Notes: a model not told the origin generated them from the sequence alone. A DNA stretch of 64,000 nucleotides from Clostridiales bacterium (GCA_017513085.1 JAFWDK010000015.1:64001-128000), one strand, 5' to 3'. Counted from the first letter of the stretch, positions 38,460 through 49,100 are shown. Translations and numbers: made by a program.

Positions 38460-39884
38460 TCAGTCCGGTTTCTTCGTAAGATAGAGTATGTGTGTGTCGT
38501 TAAAGACGACCTTTCCGCCGGCTTCTTCCACTGCGTCGTGAAGTTTTTGGAAGAATGTTTCCCGGATCGGATCCGGGATCACGATATGCGTGCAGTGCGT
38601 GCCGTTTAAGGCTACATATTCGTCAGCGTTCAGTTCTCTTTTTCCGGGGAATTCGCGCCTCTCCACTTCCTCATATCCGTACTCCGGCGCTGCCGTATAG
38701 CGGAAGCCGCCATGGGTATAGGGAATGTCCGGCTGGAAGTATTCATCGTAGAGCTTCTGGATCTTCTCATAGAGCACTTCATCATTGCTTTTATATTCGG
38801 AGGAAGTGAGCATCATGGCGAGAACTCCGCCGGGCTTCAGAAGGGAGAAGATCTTCGGATAGGCAATTTCTTCCGGGATCCATTGGATCGTGGCCGCCGA
38901 GTAGATCAGGTCATATTTTTCTTCTCCGAAATCATGGGTGATAAAGTCATCATTCACGATATGAAAGTTCGGAAGAGCTCCGTATTTTTCTTTCATTTTC
39001 CGATAGAGATGTTCACCCAGTTCGATGGCGTGATACTCGCATCCGGTGCGAAGGATCGGATCCGTCGCCTGCCCGGTTCCCGGGCCGATCTCCAGGACCT
39101 TGACTCCCGGTCCGACTTTCGCATAATCGATCAGATCAGAAAAGAGTTCCTCACTATATCTCGGTCGGAACTTATCGAACTGATCCGGAATCGTATCGAA
39201 GACTTTCCGGAATTCCTCCTGTTCCATTTCTTTCACGAGCTCCTCGTCAACGGGACGGATAATTCCGTCTTCCACATAGTGGATCGCACCGACGGTATCG
39301 ACGCGTCCTTCTTTCACGAAGATCGCACTCAGATCATCCATGGCGAAGACCGGATGGATCTTCGATGCCGCCAATACTTTCTCTTGACGCTCCTGATCTG
39401 CCGTATCAAAATGGGAGAGGATCGTAATATTCGCCATACCCAGACCTTCGTAGGCTTCCATTTTCTCCCAGATATCGATAGTAGTCTTTCCGAGATTCAT
39501 CGAGCCTGCGCTGACCCCGAGAAGCACGGCATCACTGTCTTTGATAGCATCAGCAATGTCCTTCTCCTTGATGAGCGCCATCTGCGCCGTGGCATTTCCG
39601 CCCATGAGGAAGATACAGGATGCTTCCTGGATCAGGCGTGATGCCTCGGAAAAAGATGTCCGCTCGTCGATGACACAGTGCATTTCAAAAGGCATATTCT
39701 TTTCTTCAAACATGACGTGCATGCCGTCCGAATCGTCGTCATTTTTCTCATATTCCTCCGGCCACGCACTGATGAAAACCAGGCTTTTCCGAACTGGAAG
39801 CTCTGCCTGAAGCCGTGCTGCAATCTCTGCCGTGAAGTGACGATCCGGGAACCCGCTGAATAAACCGATCAGTTGCTTTCTCAT
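38460..39884 (-). CDS. Peptidase S51/type-1 glutamine amidotransferase-like::class I SAM methyltransferase fusion
   Basis: FLMGGN, GVSAGS, SHFD; then FDKFRPRY, VLEIGPGTGQAT. Confidence 0.82.
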   Translation of the reverse strand: MRKQLIGLFSGFPDRHFTAEIAARLQAELPVRKSLVFISAWPEEYEKNDDDSDGMHVMFEEKNMPFEMHCVIDERTSFSEASRLIQEASCIFLMGGNATAQMALIKEKDIADAIKDSDAVLLGVSAGSMNLGKTTIDIWEKMEAYEGLGMANITILSHFDTADQERQEKVLAASKIHPVFAMDDLSAIFVKEGRVDTVGAIHYVEDGIIRPVDEELVKEMEQEEFRKVFDTIPDQFDKFRPRYSEELFSDLIDYAKVGPGVKVLEIGPGTGQATDPILRTGCEYHAIELGEHLYRKMKEKYGALPNFHIVNDDFITHDFGEEKYDLIYSAATIQWIPEEIAYPKIFSLLKPGGVLAMMLTSSEYKSNDEVLYEKIQKLYDEYFQPDIPYTHGGFRYTAAPEYGYEEVERREFPGKRELNADEYVALNGTHCTHIVIPDPIRETFFQKLHDAVEEAGGKVVFNDTHILYLTKKPD

Positions 39885-40699
39885 TTCTTTCCCTCTTTTC
39901 TCGAAACGATCATCAGATGTTCCGTATGTGCCAGATACTCTTCTTTATCGCAGAAGCGGATCGCATAGTCATACCACGCCATCCGGATCTTTCTCGGACT
40001 TTTTGCCAGGCTCCAGCGGTAGGGTGCGAGGATACTCTCCTGCCCGAATATCTTCACCGTCTTAAGACCGGGGATCTTCGAAAGGAGTTTTTTTGCATCG
40101 GGAATGGTGGCCATATACGAGTAGGTAAAGGCTTCAAAAGACAGACTTTCGTCTCTTGCACAGGCCTCATAATACATCTTCTCATTCTCCCGGCAGATGG
40201 ACTCCTGCAGATCCCGAAGGCCATATACCACGCCCCCGAAAAGCAGGATAAAGCTGGTGAAAAGAAGCCCGCCGGGTTTGAGGACCCTCTTCGCTTCCGC
40301 CAGCGCGCGGATCCGGTTCTTCTCGCTCATGATATGGTACATGGGACCCATGAGAAATACCACGTCAAAAGTGTTATCCGGGAAGCGCGACAGGTCCATG
40401 GCATCGCCCTGCACCGCATCAAAATGCACTTTATACTGGTGTGCTTTTTTCTTGGCAAAGCGCACGTTCTCCGGGCTTAGATCCAGAAGGGTTACGTCGT
40501 GGCCTTTCTTGGCATAGTAGACCGAGTACTGTCCCGGTCCGCCCCCGATATCGAGGATCGTGGCGCCTTTTGGGATCAACCGGTCCATCATGTGGACCGT
40601 AATATATTTTTCATAAGGATGATCTTTCTGCAGCCGGTCCCATTCTTTTTTCGGGTGGCTGTCGTAGTATTCCTGAATGATTTCTTTCTGCTCTTTCAT
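39881..40699 (-). CDS. Class I SAM-dependent methyltransferase
   Basis: ILDIGGGPG, GPMYH, RVLKPGG. Confidence 0.9.
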   Translation of the reverse strand: MKEQKEIIQEYYDSHPKKEWDRLQKDHPYEKYITVHMMDRLIPKGATILDIGGGPGQYSVYYAKKGHDVTLLDLSPENVRFAKKKAHQYKVHFDAVQGDAMDLSRFPDNTFDVVFLMGPMYHIMSEKNRIRALAEAKRVLKPGGLLFTSFILLFGGVVYGLRDLQESICRENEKMYYEACARDESLSFEAFTYSYMATIPDAKKLLSKIPGLKTVKIFGQESILAPYRWSLAKSPRKIRMAWYDYAIRFCDKEEYLAHTEHLMIVSRKEGKK

Positions 40700-40748
40700 A
40701 GTTATATCTCCCAAGCATACGCTTCTGGCTTGATTCCGATTCTTGCGG

Positions 40749-41264
40749 TTAGAAAAGCGCTTGCACGATTTTTTCAGCGCATTCTTCCGGGAAAAGGACA
40801 CTGGTATCGACAGTGAGACTGTACTGAATATCTTGACTCATCAGCTGCGCCTGTTCTTCCGACTGGCTCTCGTAGCGGTCTCCCCGCTCGATATTTCGTT
40901 GCTTACAGATATCCAGCGGACAGTACACTTCCACGATGGATAGCGGGCTGTCCTTCATGATCTCCATAAGCTTCTGATAATGGGGCTTGATCTCGTCGCG
41001 CTCCACCAGGATCCCGTCGATCAGGACGTTCTTTCCCATATCGGAATATAGTTTTGCGGTGTGATACATCATGATGATCACTTCCGATAAATACTTCCAG
41101 TAATCTTCCTGAAGATACTGTTCACCGACCATCTCCTGAAACAGGTCATTCGCCACCACATAGAAGAATACATCTCTTCGTGACTGCAGTGCATCCACGA
41201 TAGATGTCTTCCCTGAACTGGTTACGCCGTTTAAAAATATGATCTTCCCTTTTTCCATTTTCAT
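40749..41264 (-). CDS. Chloramphenicol phosphotransferase-like P-loop kinase
   Basis: IIFLNGVTSSGKTS, CPL..RNIERGDR, VDTS. Confidence 0.82.
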   Translation of the reverse strand: MKMEKGKIIFLNGVTSSGKTSIVDALQSRRDVFFYVVANDLFQEMVGEQYLQEDYWKYLSEVIIMMYHTAKLYSDMGKNVLIDGILVERDEIKPHYQKLMEIMKDSPLSIVEVYCPLDICKQRNIERGDRYESQSEEQAQLMSQDIQYSLTVDTSVLFPEECAEKIVQALF

Positions 41265-41328
41265 TTCCTCTTACTTCCATTTCTGCCGTTGCGGATTCGG
41301 ATTTCCTTAGTATCTGCCGTAGCTGAAT

Positions 41329-42144
41329 TCAGATCTGCTCAAGGATCTGCGCGACACCGTCTTCTTCATTGGTGGCGGTGACCGTATCGGCCACGTTCTT
41401 TACCTCCTCGATGGCATTGCCCATCGCCACGCCATATCCGATATTTCTTATGCTCTCCACATCATCGTGATCGTCTCCGAAATAGACCGCTTCTGACACT
41501 GGTATATTCTCTCTTTCCAGAAGTCTTCTGACGCCATTCCACTTGGTCGCAGAGGTGCTCATGATCTGAAACAGCCACCCTTCTGCGACCGTGAAATACG
41601 CATCTTCCGAAAGACCGTTTTCGGAAAGGATCCCCCGTATTCTTTCGGGGATCTCCGAAGACGGGCAAAGGGGTTCTGTCGGGATCGTCACGGAAGAAAG
41701 TTTATGCTCTTTTCCTGCAATCAGGATCTTATACAGATCGACCTCTTTCAAAAGTGAAAGAAGGTCCGGTACTTTCGGTGTATCCCACTCGGGGATCTCG
41801 ATATTTCCGAAGATGCCTTTGCTTGTTTCCAGCACCACGATCAGGTCATCATGGGAAAGAACAGCGGACAGTGCTTTTGTCGCAGAATCAGAAGAAAAAC
41901 CGTTACTGATAACGGTGTCTCCGAACTTGATCCGCGCACCGTTTAAGGTGATCAGGGCATCAGCTTCGGTGAACTCTTTATACATCGCGGAGATCGCCCG
42001 TTCGGGCCGGGCAGAAGCGACCGCCCAGATTCCGCCGTTCTCCCGAAAAGCACGAATCGCTTGCATCGTGCGGTCGGAGATCGTTTTATCGTTCCGGAGA
42101 ACGGTTCCATCAAGGTCAGTAAAAACAGCGCGTATTCTTTTCAT
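41329..42144 (-). CDS. Cof-type HAD-IIB hydrolase
   Basis: DLDGT, ASAR, FGDDHDD, AMGNA, EDGVA. Confidence 0.9.
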   Translation of the reverse strand: MKRIRAVFTDLDGTVLRNDKTISDRTMQAIRAFRENGGIWAVASARPERAISAMYKEFTEADALITLNGARIKFGDTVISNGFSSDSATKALSAVLSHDDLIVVLETSKGIFGNIEIPEWDTPKVPDLLSLLKEVDLYKILIAGKEHKLSSVTIPTEPLCPSSEIPERIRGILSENGLSEDAYFTVAEGWLFQIMSTSATKWNGVRRLLERENIPVSEAVYFGDDHDDVESIRNIGYGVAMGNAIEEVKNVADTVTATNEEDGVAQILEQI

Positions 42145-42198
42145 CAGCGCCTCCCTATGCATCTTTATGTGTCTAACTAAAGTATATCAATAAACCCT

Positions 42199-43164
42199 TT
42201 ACTTCAGCACCTGCGTCACGACCGTATGATTCGGCCGGGTGTTCTTGATGCCGATCTGAAAAGCATCTTCGTAGACGAGCTCTCCGGGAAGGTCCTCGCT
42301 CTCTGACAGATACAGCCGGACGCCATACTTCTTACACATATCGCGGTAGAAAGTCATCTGCTTCCAGATGTCGTTTCCTGCTTCTGCGTTCTTGAACCAT
42401 GTGGTCGCGTTATCGGGATTGCCCTGCTCGTAAAACGGCGGAACCGGAAGGACTTCCTCGAAATACTCTCTGTTCTTCCAGTATTCCTTCTCTTCCTCTT
42501 CCGTGAGCGTCTTATTTTCCACGAGTTTCCATACCGCGGTGAAGATCCCCCGGGGCTGCTGCGTCATGTATGCGATATCTGATGTGTGGACCCGGTAATA
42601 AGGCATCACCGGACCGCTTTCTTTTCTATCCAGTTCGCGCTTCACACATTGGAAATTCGCATCGAGTTCACCGGCGCCATCCATCACGATCCGCTTGCAC
42701 GAAAGGAGCTTCTGCCACTCATCATGCTTCGCTTTCGAGCGCATATTCACATCTCCCGTATCGTAACTTGCTGCCCACTCGAGGAACTCCTGGTGGTTCT
42801 GATACATGTCCCCGCCCGGAAGGAGCCGGTCGCCGAACTCTTCTTTCTCTCTTTTGCGAAGTCTCTCGATTCTGACATCCGTGTCCGTCACCAGGCGGAT
42901 CGCCAGGGTAAAGAGTGGAATCAACTCGTCTCCCCAGTCCACGAGAGAACCGGAGATCACGATCTTATCGTGCTTTTCGATATCTTCTTTCATGAGACGG
43001 AGACGTTCTTCAAAGCTTCGCTTCACTGTATATTTCGGATCGGTCGGCTCCCAGAAATAGTCATCGGTATCCATGAAGAAATACCCGAGTTCATCGCAGA
43101 TCTTCTTTCCCAGTGTGGAAGTTCCCGCGCCGGATGCACCGAAAATGTGTATGACCTGTTTCAT
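42199..43164 (-). CDS. Adenylate-kinase-like P-loop protein fused to an uncharacterised C-terminal domain
   Basis: GASGAGTSTLG, DTDDYFW, SGSL..WG; second unit begins MPYYRVHT. Confidence 0.78.
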   Translation of the reverse strand: MKQVIHIFGASGAGTSTLGKKICDELGYFFMDTDDYFWEPTDPKYTVKRSFEERLRLMKEDIEKHDKIVISGSLVDWGDELIPLFTLAIRLVTDTDVRIERLRKREKEEFGDRLLPGGDMYQNHQEFLEWAASYDTGDVNMRSKAKHDEWQKLLSCKRIVMDGAGELDANFQCVKRELDRKESGPVMPYYRVHTSDIAYMTQQPRGIFTAVWKLVENKTLTEEEEKEYWKNREYFEEVLPVPPFYEQGNPDNATTWFKNAEAGNDIWKQMTFYRDMCKKYGVRLYLSESEDLPGELVYEDAFQIGIKNTRPNHTVVTQVLK

Positions 43165-43192
43165 ATTCTGTCCTCCCAGCTATGCGTTTTCA

Positions 43193-43660
43193 TTAGATGA
43201 ACATTTCCATATATCTTCGGAAAGTTTCGAAACCGGCCGCCTCGTAGAAGGCCAGCGCGTCCTGATTAAACTCCCACATATTGAGTTCCAGACGATGGTA
43301 TCCCTGATCGATGGCGAAGTTCTTGATGAACTCGACCATGGCCGTGGCGATCCCTTCTCTTCTATGTTTCTCATCGACACAGAATTCATCGATATCGAGA
43401 AAATCACGGACCTTCATGAAGGGATTTTCCGGCTTATAGATGTGATGCAGGATCGCAAATCCACAGAGCTCGCCGTCTTTATCCGCGACGACGATCTTCT
43501 GCTCGGGATCTTTAAAGATGTAGTAAACGTAGTTTTGAAGCTCCTCACTGAATCCGGGCTTAAACACGTCCGGTTTTCCTTCAACATGAAGATCATTGAC
43601 CTGCTTACGAAGCACGTTGATCTTCTCCAATTCGTCTTCTTTTGCGAAACGGATGACCAT
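43193..43660 (-). CDS. GNAT N-acetyltransferase
   Basis: VDEKHRREGIA, NQDALAFYEAAGF. Confidence 0.9.
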   Translation of the reverse strand: MVIRFAKEDELEKINVLRKQVNDLHVEGKPDVFKPGFSEELQNYVYYIFKDPEQKIVVADKDGELCGFAILHHIYKPENPFMKVRDFLDIDEFCVDEKHRREGIATAMVEFIKNFAIDQGYHRLELNMWEFNQDALAFYEAAGFETFRRYMEMFI

Positions 43661-43765
43661 ATTACTACACCTGCCTTTTTATGAAATATTTCTAACCATT
43701 GTATCGAAACGAAATAGGGAATACTAGTTCCCGGCAGTATAAAATTCTTGTTTCACGAATGCCAC

Positions 43766-44581
43766 TCATTTGAACTCTTTATCGTGCTTCTTGAAGAAGT
43801 CATAGAAGTACCGCGCATTCTCAAGCTCGGTCCAGTCCGCCACGGCAAAAGAACCGGAGTCCAGGTCGTAGATCTTCGCGCTGAGTGTGCCGAGCATGAA
43901 AGGTGAATGCGTCGCGATGATAAACTGACATCCGAGAAGTCTCGCCATGTCATTGAGTTTCTCCGCCAGTTTCACCTGATTATCCGGAGACAGCGACACC
44001 TCCGGCTCATCGAGAAGATACAGTGCATCCGGGCGAATAAAGTCATCGAAGAACTGAAGCGAGGTTTCTCCGTTCGAGTATTTCTCCTGCGAGAATTTGG
44101 CCCCTTCCCGGATCTTCCATCCGTCCACAGATCCGAGAAAAGCCTGTGCCTCTTCTTTGCTCTTACCGCTCTTGATCTGGTCGACCAGAAGCCCTTCGTC
44201 GAGAACCGGGATCTGCTGGATCTTCTTGACCTCATAGAGGATATCTTCGCTCTTGATGTAACGGCTGTCGGAAGGAAGGACCCGAAGTGTCTTCCCGAAT
44301 TCATCTTCCCCCAGTCCGGCCGTGCATTCTCTCGCGAAGTTGCCGCAGAAATCCTCCGATCCGAATGTATTCGGCGTGGCATATTCTTTTCCCTTTATGG
44401 AGAGCTTATTTGCGATGATATTGAGAAGCGTCGATTTCCCCGACCCGTTACTTCCATACAGCACCGTGATCCGGTCGAAGAAAAACTGCACCCCTTCTCT
44501 TCCGCGAAAAACATTGTACGGATAAATGTTAGGACAATTGAGGCGCTTGCTGCTCAGCTTGAAACTTTGAAGATAGATCAT
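43766..44581 (-). CDS. Stand-alone ABC-type ATPase
   Basis: GSNGSGKST, SNGE, LLDEPE, ATHSP. Confidence 0.85.
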   Translation of the reverse strand: MIYLQSFKLSSKRLNCPNIYPYNVFRGREGVQFFFDRITVLYGSNGSGKSTLLNIIANKLSIKGKEYATPNTFGSEDFCGNFARECTAGLGEDEFGKTLRVLPSDSRYIKSEDILYEVKKIQQIPVLDEGLLVDQIKSGKSKEEAQAFLGSVDGWKIREGAKFSQEKYSNGETSLQFFDDFIRPDALYLLDEPEVSLSPDNQVKLAEKLNDMARLLGCQFIIATHSPFMLGTLSAKIYDLDSGSFAVADWTELENARYFYDFFKKHDKEFK

Positions 44582-45246
44582 GCTGTCGTTTCTCCCTTTG
44601 CGGGACGGGAAGTCTTCCGGCCTCCGCCCACTTTACCGTTCAGCGCGCAAAGAAGATTCGCAATTCCGAAAGAAACCAGCACGATCACGGCAAAGATCAA
44701 TATCGCGACGCCCCATCCCCAGCGCAGGAAGAAATAGAAATCGTTGTTATGCGGGTATCTTCCCCCCATGCCGTTAATGAGGATATTCAGGATATAACCA
44801 AAGCCGTAGACCAGGGTCAGAAGCGCCGACAGGATCCGCCACTTCATCTCTTTCTTTACCCCCGGAAGAAGTACATAGTCCACCATGGCAATCAGCGGTA
44901 CGATCAGATGGAAGAACAGATTTGCATTCTTATACATGCGTCCATACCCGTATACCGGCCCCAGGAAAAGCGCCACCACCGTAAAGGTCAGTCCGGTCGC
45001 TGTGGCAGACATCAGCTTTAAGACTTTCGTCGGTTTGCCTTCATAAAAGAGCGCGATGAGCGCGACGATCCCGGCAAAAAGATTCGACTGCACCGTGAAG
45101 TACCGAAGGCACATGATCCCCCGCAACTGAAACTCCATCCAGGCGCTTCGGTATGTCATGGTCATGTACATGCCGATCGAAACCAGGATCACCAGTACAA
45201 CATTGGTGATCTTACGGATGATGGTCATGTTCTTCTCACTACGCAT
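44578..45246 (-). CDS. Pr6Pr-like integral membrane protein
   Basis: YFTVQSN, HLIVP, YFFL motifs with TM helices. Confidence 0.75.
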   Translation of the reverse strand: MRSEKNMTIIRKITNVVLVILVSIGMYMTMTYRSAWMEFQLRGIMCLRYFTVQSNLFAGIVALIALFYEGKPTKVLKLMSATATGLTFTVVALFLGPVYGYGRMYKNANLFFHLIVPLIAMVDYVLLPGVKKEMKWRILSALLTLVYGFGYILNILINGMGGRYPHNNDFYFFLRWGWGVAILIFAVIVLVSFGIANLLCALNGKVGGGRKTSRPAKGETTA

Positions 45247-45276
45247 ATTGTTTCTTCCTTCACTATGTCACATCTT

Positions 45277-46689
45277 CTACTGTCCGAAGCGGAAAGAATA
45301 GAAGTCCGCCGCCCCGCTTCCTTCGTAAGTAAAGTAGAGAGCATGTTTTCCGTTCCCGATCGTCAGTGGCGCCGTGTATTCCGTCCAGTTTTCCGAAGGT
45401 GCGATCCTGATCCGGGAGACGATCTTCCCGCCTCGTCCATCGCGTACGACGAACTCACCATCCGCCGTACCACGCACCTTCACGGAAAGTGCTTCTGCAG
45501 TATGGAAATCGAAATACCGGTAACCTGCCGTCGCGCCATCCACCATGTTGTTGATGTACTGGTTCGGGTTATCCTCGCGGTCTTCCCCCTCCTGGGTAAA
45601 GGCCGGGTGATGCTCATCCTGCTGCTCGGCAAGGCTCTCGGTCGTACCATTCTTACTAAAGAGATGACAGGCGATCCTGGCCTCATATTCACCCTCGTCG
45701 CGGAGCGGTCCGCCGTTTAATCCGCAAGACGTGATCTCCGCCTGATGGAATGCTTCCCCGTCGAATTTGATCTCCTCCGCGCAGGCCTGGCGGGAGAAGA
45801 AATGGCGGTTAGTCTGGCGATGGTAGAACACATACCACTTCCCGTTTACGAATGCCACACTTCCGTGGGTATTGCCGCGGTAGTTCATGGCCTCCGTATT
45901 TCCGTTCACGCCGATGTCGGCATTCGACACCAGCACGCCGCCAAAATGATAATCACCCAGAGGCGAATCGGCGACTGCCCAGCAGAGCTCATGCATCCAG
46001 CAGGAAGAATAGATGAAGTAGTATTTGCCGTTGATCTTTCGTACAGAACTGGCCTCGAAGAAAGGATGGGCCTCGTACTCCGTACCGTCCGCATCGTTAA
46101 TGATCGGCAAGTTATGGAATGGTCCTGCTTTCACGGTGATCATGTCCTGCTCCAGCTCCATCTTGAGGCTGTCCTTATCCACAGGTGTTTGTTTATATCG
46201 TGGGCTGTTTCCGGAGAAAAGATAGATCCGCTTGTCATCGTCGATAAAGATGCCCGGGTCGAACTGTCGGATCTCGTCCGGACGTGAACCGAGAATGTCT
46301 CCATTCGGATATCTTACGAAATCTAAAAACTCGAAAGGACCAATCGGTGAATCCGCCACGGCGACTCCGATCTCTTTGAGAAAATCCAAACAATAGTAGA
46401 GGTAGTATTTTCCATCGTTTCCGCGACACACATCCGGCGCCCACAGCGCATGGGAACCATCCGGATTTCTGGGGTCCTGAGTCTTCTTAAAGATCACTCC
46501 CTCAAAGCGCCAGTCGGAAAGATCGTCCTCCGGACATGACCAGCATACATAGTCGTTGGCACAGTATACGTCACCGTTAAAACGGTCGTGGCTTCCGTAG
46601 ATATAGAGCCGCCCGTCAAAGACACGGGGCTCGCCGTCCGGAATATATTCGTAGCTTGGAAGATATGGATTAAAAACCTGCTTTTTCAT
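45277..46689 (-). CDS. GH43 glycosidase with C-terminal CBM6-like module
   Basis: PDGEP, GSHD, WAPD, FDPG, FFEASS, NTHGS; C-term GYRYFDF, HALYF. Confidence 0.9.
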   Translation of the reverse strand: MKKQVFNPYLPSYEYIPDGEPRVFDGRLYIYGSHDRFNGDVYCANDYVCWSCPEDDLSDWRFEGVIFKKTQDPRNPDGSHALWAPDVCRGNDGKYYLYYCLDFLKEIGVAVADSPIGPFEFLDFVRYPNGDILGSRPDEIRQFDPGIFIDDDKRIYLFSGNSPRYKQTPVDKDSLKMELEQDMITVKAGPFHNLPIINDADGTEYEAHPFFEASSVRKINGKYYFIYSSCWMHELCWAVADSPLGDYHFGGVLVSNADIGVNGNTEAMNYRGNTHGSVAFVNGKWYVFYHRQTNRHFFSRQACAEEIKFDGEAFHQAEITSCGLNGGPLRDEGEYEARIACHLFSKNGTTESLAEQQDEHHPAFTQEGEDREDNPNQYINNMVDGATAGYRYFDFHTAEALSVKVRGTADGEFVVRDGRGGKIVSRIRIAPSENWTEYTAPLTIGNGKHALYFTYEGSGAADFYSFRFGQ

Positions 46690-46746
46690 GATGTCCTCTC
46701 TTTCGTGTCTGCGTTCGCAAGTCGGGATGTATCTTCTGCCTCAGGG

Positions 46747-47385
46747 TCACTTCAGATACCAGATCTCCCCGTTCGGCATGATCTGCATATCGCCGGGCAA
46801 AGTCTTCCGGATCTCTCCGGTCACGGCGTCCCGGATCACCGTTTCCTCTCTGTAGTCCGGATCTTCGTACCAGATACTGAAATACAGGTCATTCCCGTCG
46901 CGATAGTAATAGCTTTCCCGCTCATGGATCGGGATAGTCCTCTTCTCCGGCCAGATCAGCTCCAGCGAGCCGTCATTCGGCTGACGGGTCAATGTCAGCG
47001 GATGGACAGTAAGCCGCAGATTATAGCAATCTTTTACGGAATCAAGCGACAGCACGTCGAGTTCTTCAACCGTGTGATCTGTACAGGAGAACTGCTGGAT
47101 CCGGATCTTTCCTGCTTCAAAATCCACCGCAAGGAAAGATATCTTCTGATCGTCGTAGACCGGGTCGCTGAAAGCGATGTTTTCTGTCGGCGGGAAGGGG
47201 CAGAATTTCTCCCCATCCGGAAAATGTACGAGGAAAAAGTGATTCCCTGAAAGAGTCTTTCCCTCCTCGTAGAGTTCTTGCTCCTCATAAAGATCGCCCC
47301 GGGCATAGTCCAGCGCATAGTACCACTCCGATGTGCCCTCAAGGGGACGCAGATAGGAGATTCCGTTAAGATCCAGTTCCTTCAT
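46747..47385 (-). CDS. Hypothetical protein
   Basis: Acidic ORF with host-like codon use, coupled to the upstream esterase. Confidence 0.7.
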   Translation of the reverse strand: MKELDLNGISYLRPLEGTSEWYYALDYARGDLYEEQELYEEGKTLSGNHFFLVHFPDGEKFCPFPPTENIAFSDPVYDDQKISFLAVDFEAGKIRIQQFSCTDHTVEELDVLSLDSVKDCYNLRLTVHPLTLTRQPNDGSLELIWPEKRTIPIHERESYYYRDGNDLYFSIWYEDPDYREETVIRDAVTGEIRKTLPGDMQIMPNGEIWYLK

Positions 47386-47389
47386 TCTT

Positions 47390-48130
47390 CTACTCCTTTA
47401 TGAAAAAGCTCTTCAACGCTTCGACCATCTCCGGCAGATGCCGGGTGAAACAGTGGTCGTCCCCATGGATCTTCACCAGTGTCGCATCGTGATAGAGGGC
47501 CAGTGCTTTTTCCGCATAGGAACAGAGAACCGTATCGTCGTCGTCACCGTGAATCATGAAGACTTTACCCTTATATCTTTCGATCTCGTCTTCCACATGG
47601 ATCGTCTGGGCCACACGGCAATAATCGCCCGACAGTTCCCGGTCCCAGGATTGAAGCACTTCCGGAATGTGCAGCGGGTCAAAAGAAAGCCCGAGGAGCG
47701 TCCCTTTCCTTGCGTACTCCGGGATCATCCAGGCCGGCGAGATCGGAAGGATCGCCTTGAAATCATCCGGGAACATTCCGCCGATGAGCATCGTCAGAAG
47801 TCCGCCCTGGGAATGGCCGCACAGATAGAGATCCGTGACGAAATCCAGTGTCTTGACATAGTGGATCACGGAGATCATATTCGATACCCATTTGTAGAGC
47901 GTGTGGTCCCGGAACTCGCCATCGCTGGCACCATGTCCGTACATCTCCACGCGGAGCACGGAGATCCCGCACTCGTTCATAGCCTGCTGCATCGCGACGA
48001 TGTGGGGCTCCTCCATATGGCCGGTAAATCCGTGGACAAGGATGCAGAGCGGCCCTTTGACCGATTCGTCCGGACGGTCCATCTTCGCATGAAGCTTTAT
48101 GCCATCGCTGTTGATATAGAATTCCTTCAT
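47390..48130 (-). CDS. Alpha/beta hydrolase, feruloyl/cinnamoyl esterase-like
   Basis: HGFTGH, MYGHG, GHSQGG, HGDDD, GDDH; recalls Butyrivibrio Est1E-type esterases. Confidence 0.85.
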   Translation of the reverse strand: MKEFYINSDGIKLHAKMDRPDESVKGPLCILVHGFTGHMEEPHIVAMQQAMNECGISVLRVEMYGHGASDGEFRDHTLYKWVSNMISVIHYVKTLDFVTDLYLCGHSQGGLLTMLIGGMFPDDFKAILPISPAWMIPEYARKGTLLGLSFDPLHIPEVLQSWDRELSGDYCRVAQTIHVEDEIERYKGKVFMIHGDDDDTVLCSYAEKALALYHDATLVKIHGDDHCFTRHLPEMVEALKSFFIKE

Positions 48131-48201
48131 ATTTGACTTCCTCCGATTTTGTTATTCTTTCAGGTAGGAAATCTCATCTGTCGGAAGTGGATCGCATATG
48201 T

Positions 48202-48384
48202 TTACAGGAAGTAATTGATCACAAAGACCAGTATACCGCAAGCAATTACAATGAAACCCCGTATTCTCATGCCGGATACGGCTTTGGGGTCTTCGCGCAT
48301 TTCTTTTTTTACGGAAAGCTTCGGGCAGATTACCATAAAAAGGCCTAGCAAGCACATTACAATACCTAAAATCCAATACGGCAT
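48202..48384 (-). CDS. Small 2-TM membrane protein
   Basis: MPYWILGIV...; strong RBS AGGAGGAG. Confidence 0.7.
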   Translation of the reverse strand: MPYWILGIVMCLLGLFMVICPKLSVKKEMREDPKAVSGMRIRGFIVIACGILVFVINYFL

Positions 48385-48442
48385 AACACTACTCCTCCTG
48401 ATCGAGATCACTACTAGCTTAGATAGTTATATATCAAGTATA

Positions 48443-48953
48443 TCATCTCATATAGGAAACAATAGGTGCAATATATTTTTTGTCTGAAATATCGTAGGAA
48501 TGTGAAATCAATTCTGCCATGGCTTTGTCTTTTTCAGTCGGATTCTTCTTATGGTTCATGATAGAAAGAAGCGCTTTCATGGCAAGTTTGGAACCTGTAC
48601 CCATCCGGTCATAGTTCAGGCCGCCCTGAAGGTAAAAGCCTGATATCCGGCTCTTCAGTTCTTCCGGGATGACCTTTTCCATTGCACTCTTTGCTTCCGG
48701 ATTCTCTGCCGGACTTGCGCCCACGACGAACAGGCCCAATTTCTTATCGTTCCACGAAGCCGCTTTACTGAAGAACCATTTGGCTCCCGTGACTCTTCCG
48801 GCATTCACCCAGCCACCGTAAAGAATGGCATCATAAGAAAGGAAATAGTCCGCCTTCTTTTTCTTCGCCTCTTTCAGATCAAAAACGTCTGCTGACGTTT
48901 CTTCTTTGATCCATTCTGCATATCTTTGAGTAAATCCTGTTTGTGATGTATAG
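48443..48953 (-). pseudogene. Flavodoxin-domain gene, 3' part (interrupted by IS)
   Basis: YTSQTGFTQRYAEWI, YGG, VGAS, GGLNY; the first codons lie on the other side of the IS (50679-50704). Confidence 0.85.
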
Positions 48954-49100
48954 TTGACACTCCGCACGGCTAAAGCCGTGGGATTCTTGCTTCATCGACC
49001 ACTGCTTAGTCCGAGGACTTTAGTCTTACATGGTCTCCACAAGCGTAAATTCGGGTATGTCCTACCCTACTAGGTTATTTGCAGTCATTAACATTCCCAT
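48938..49100 (-). ncRNA. Predicted TnpB omega/reRNA (scaffold in the right end; guide CTATACATCACAAACA from the flank); 5' limit uncertain
   Basis: Structured right end downstream of tnpB; position inferred from the known TnpB reRNA architecture. Confidence 0.65.
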
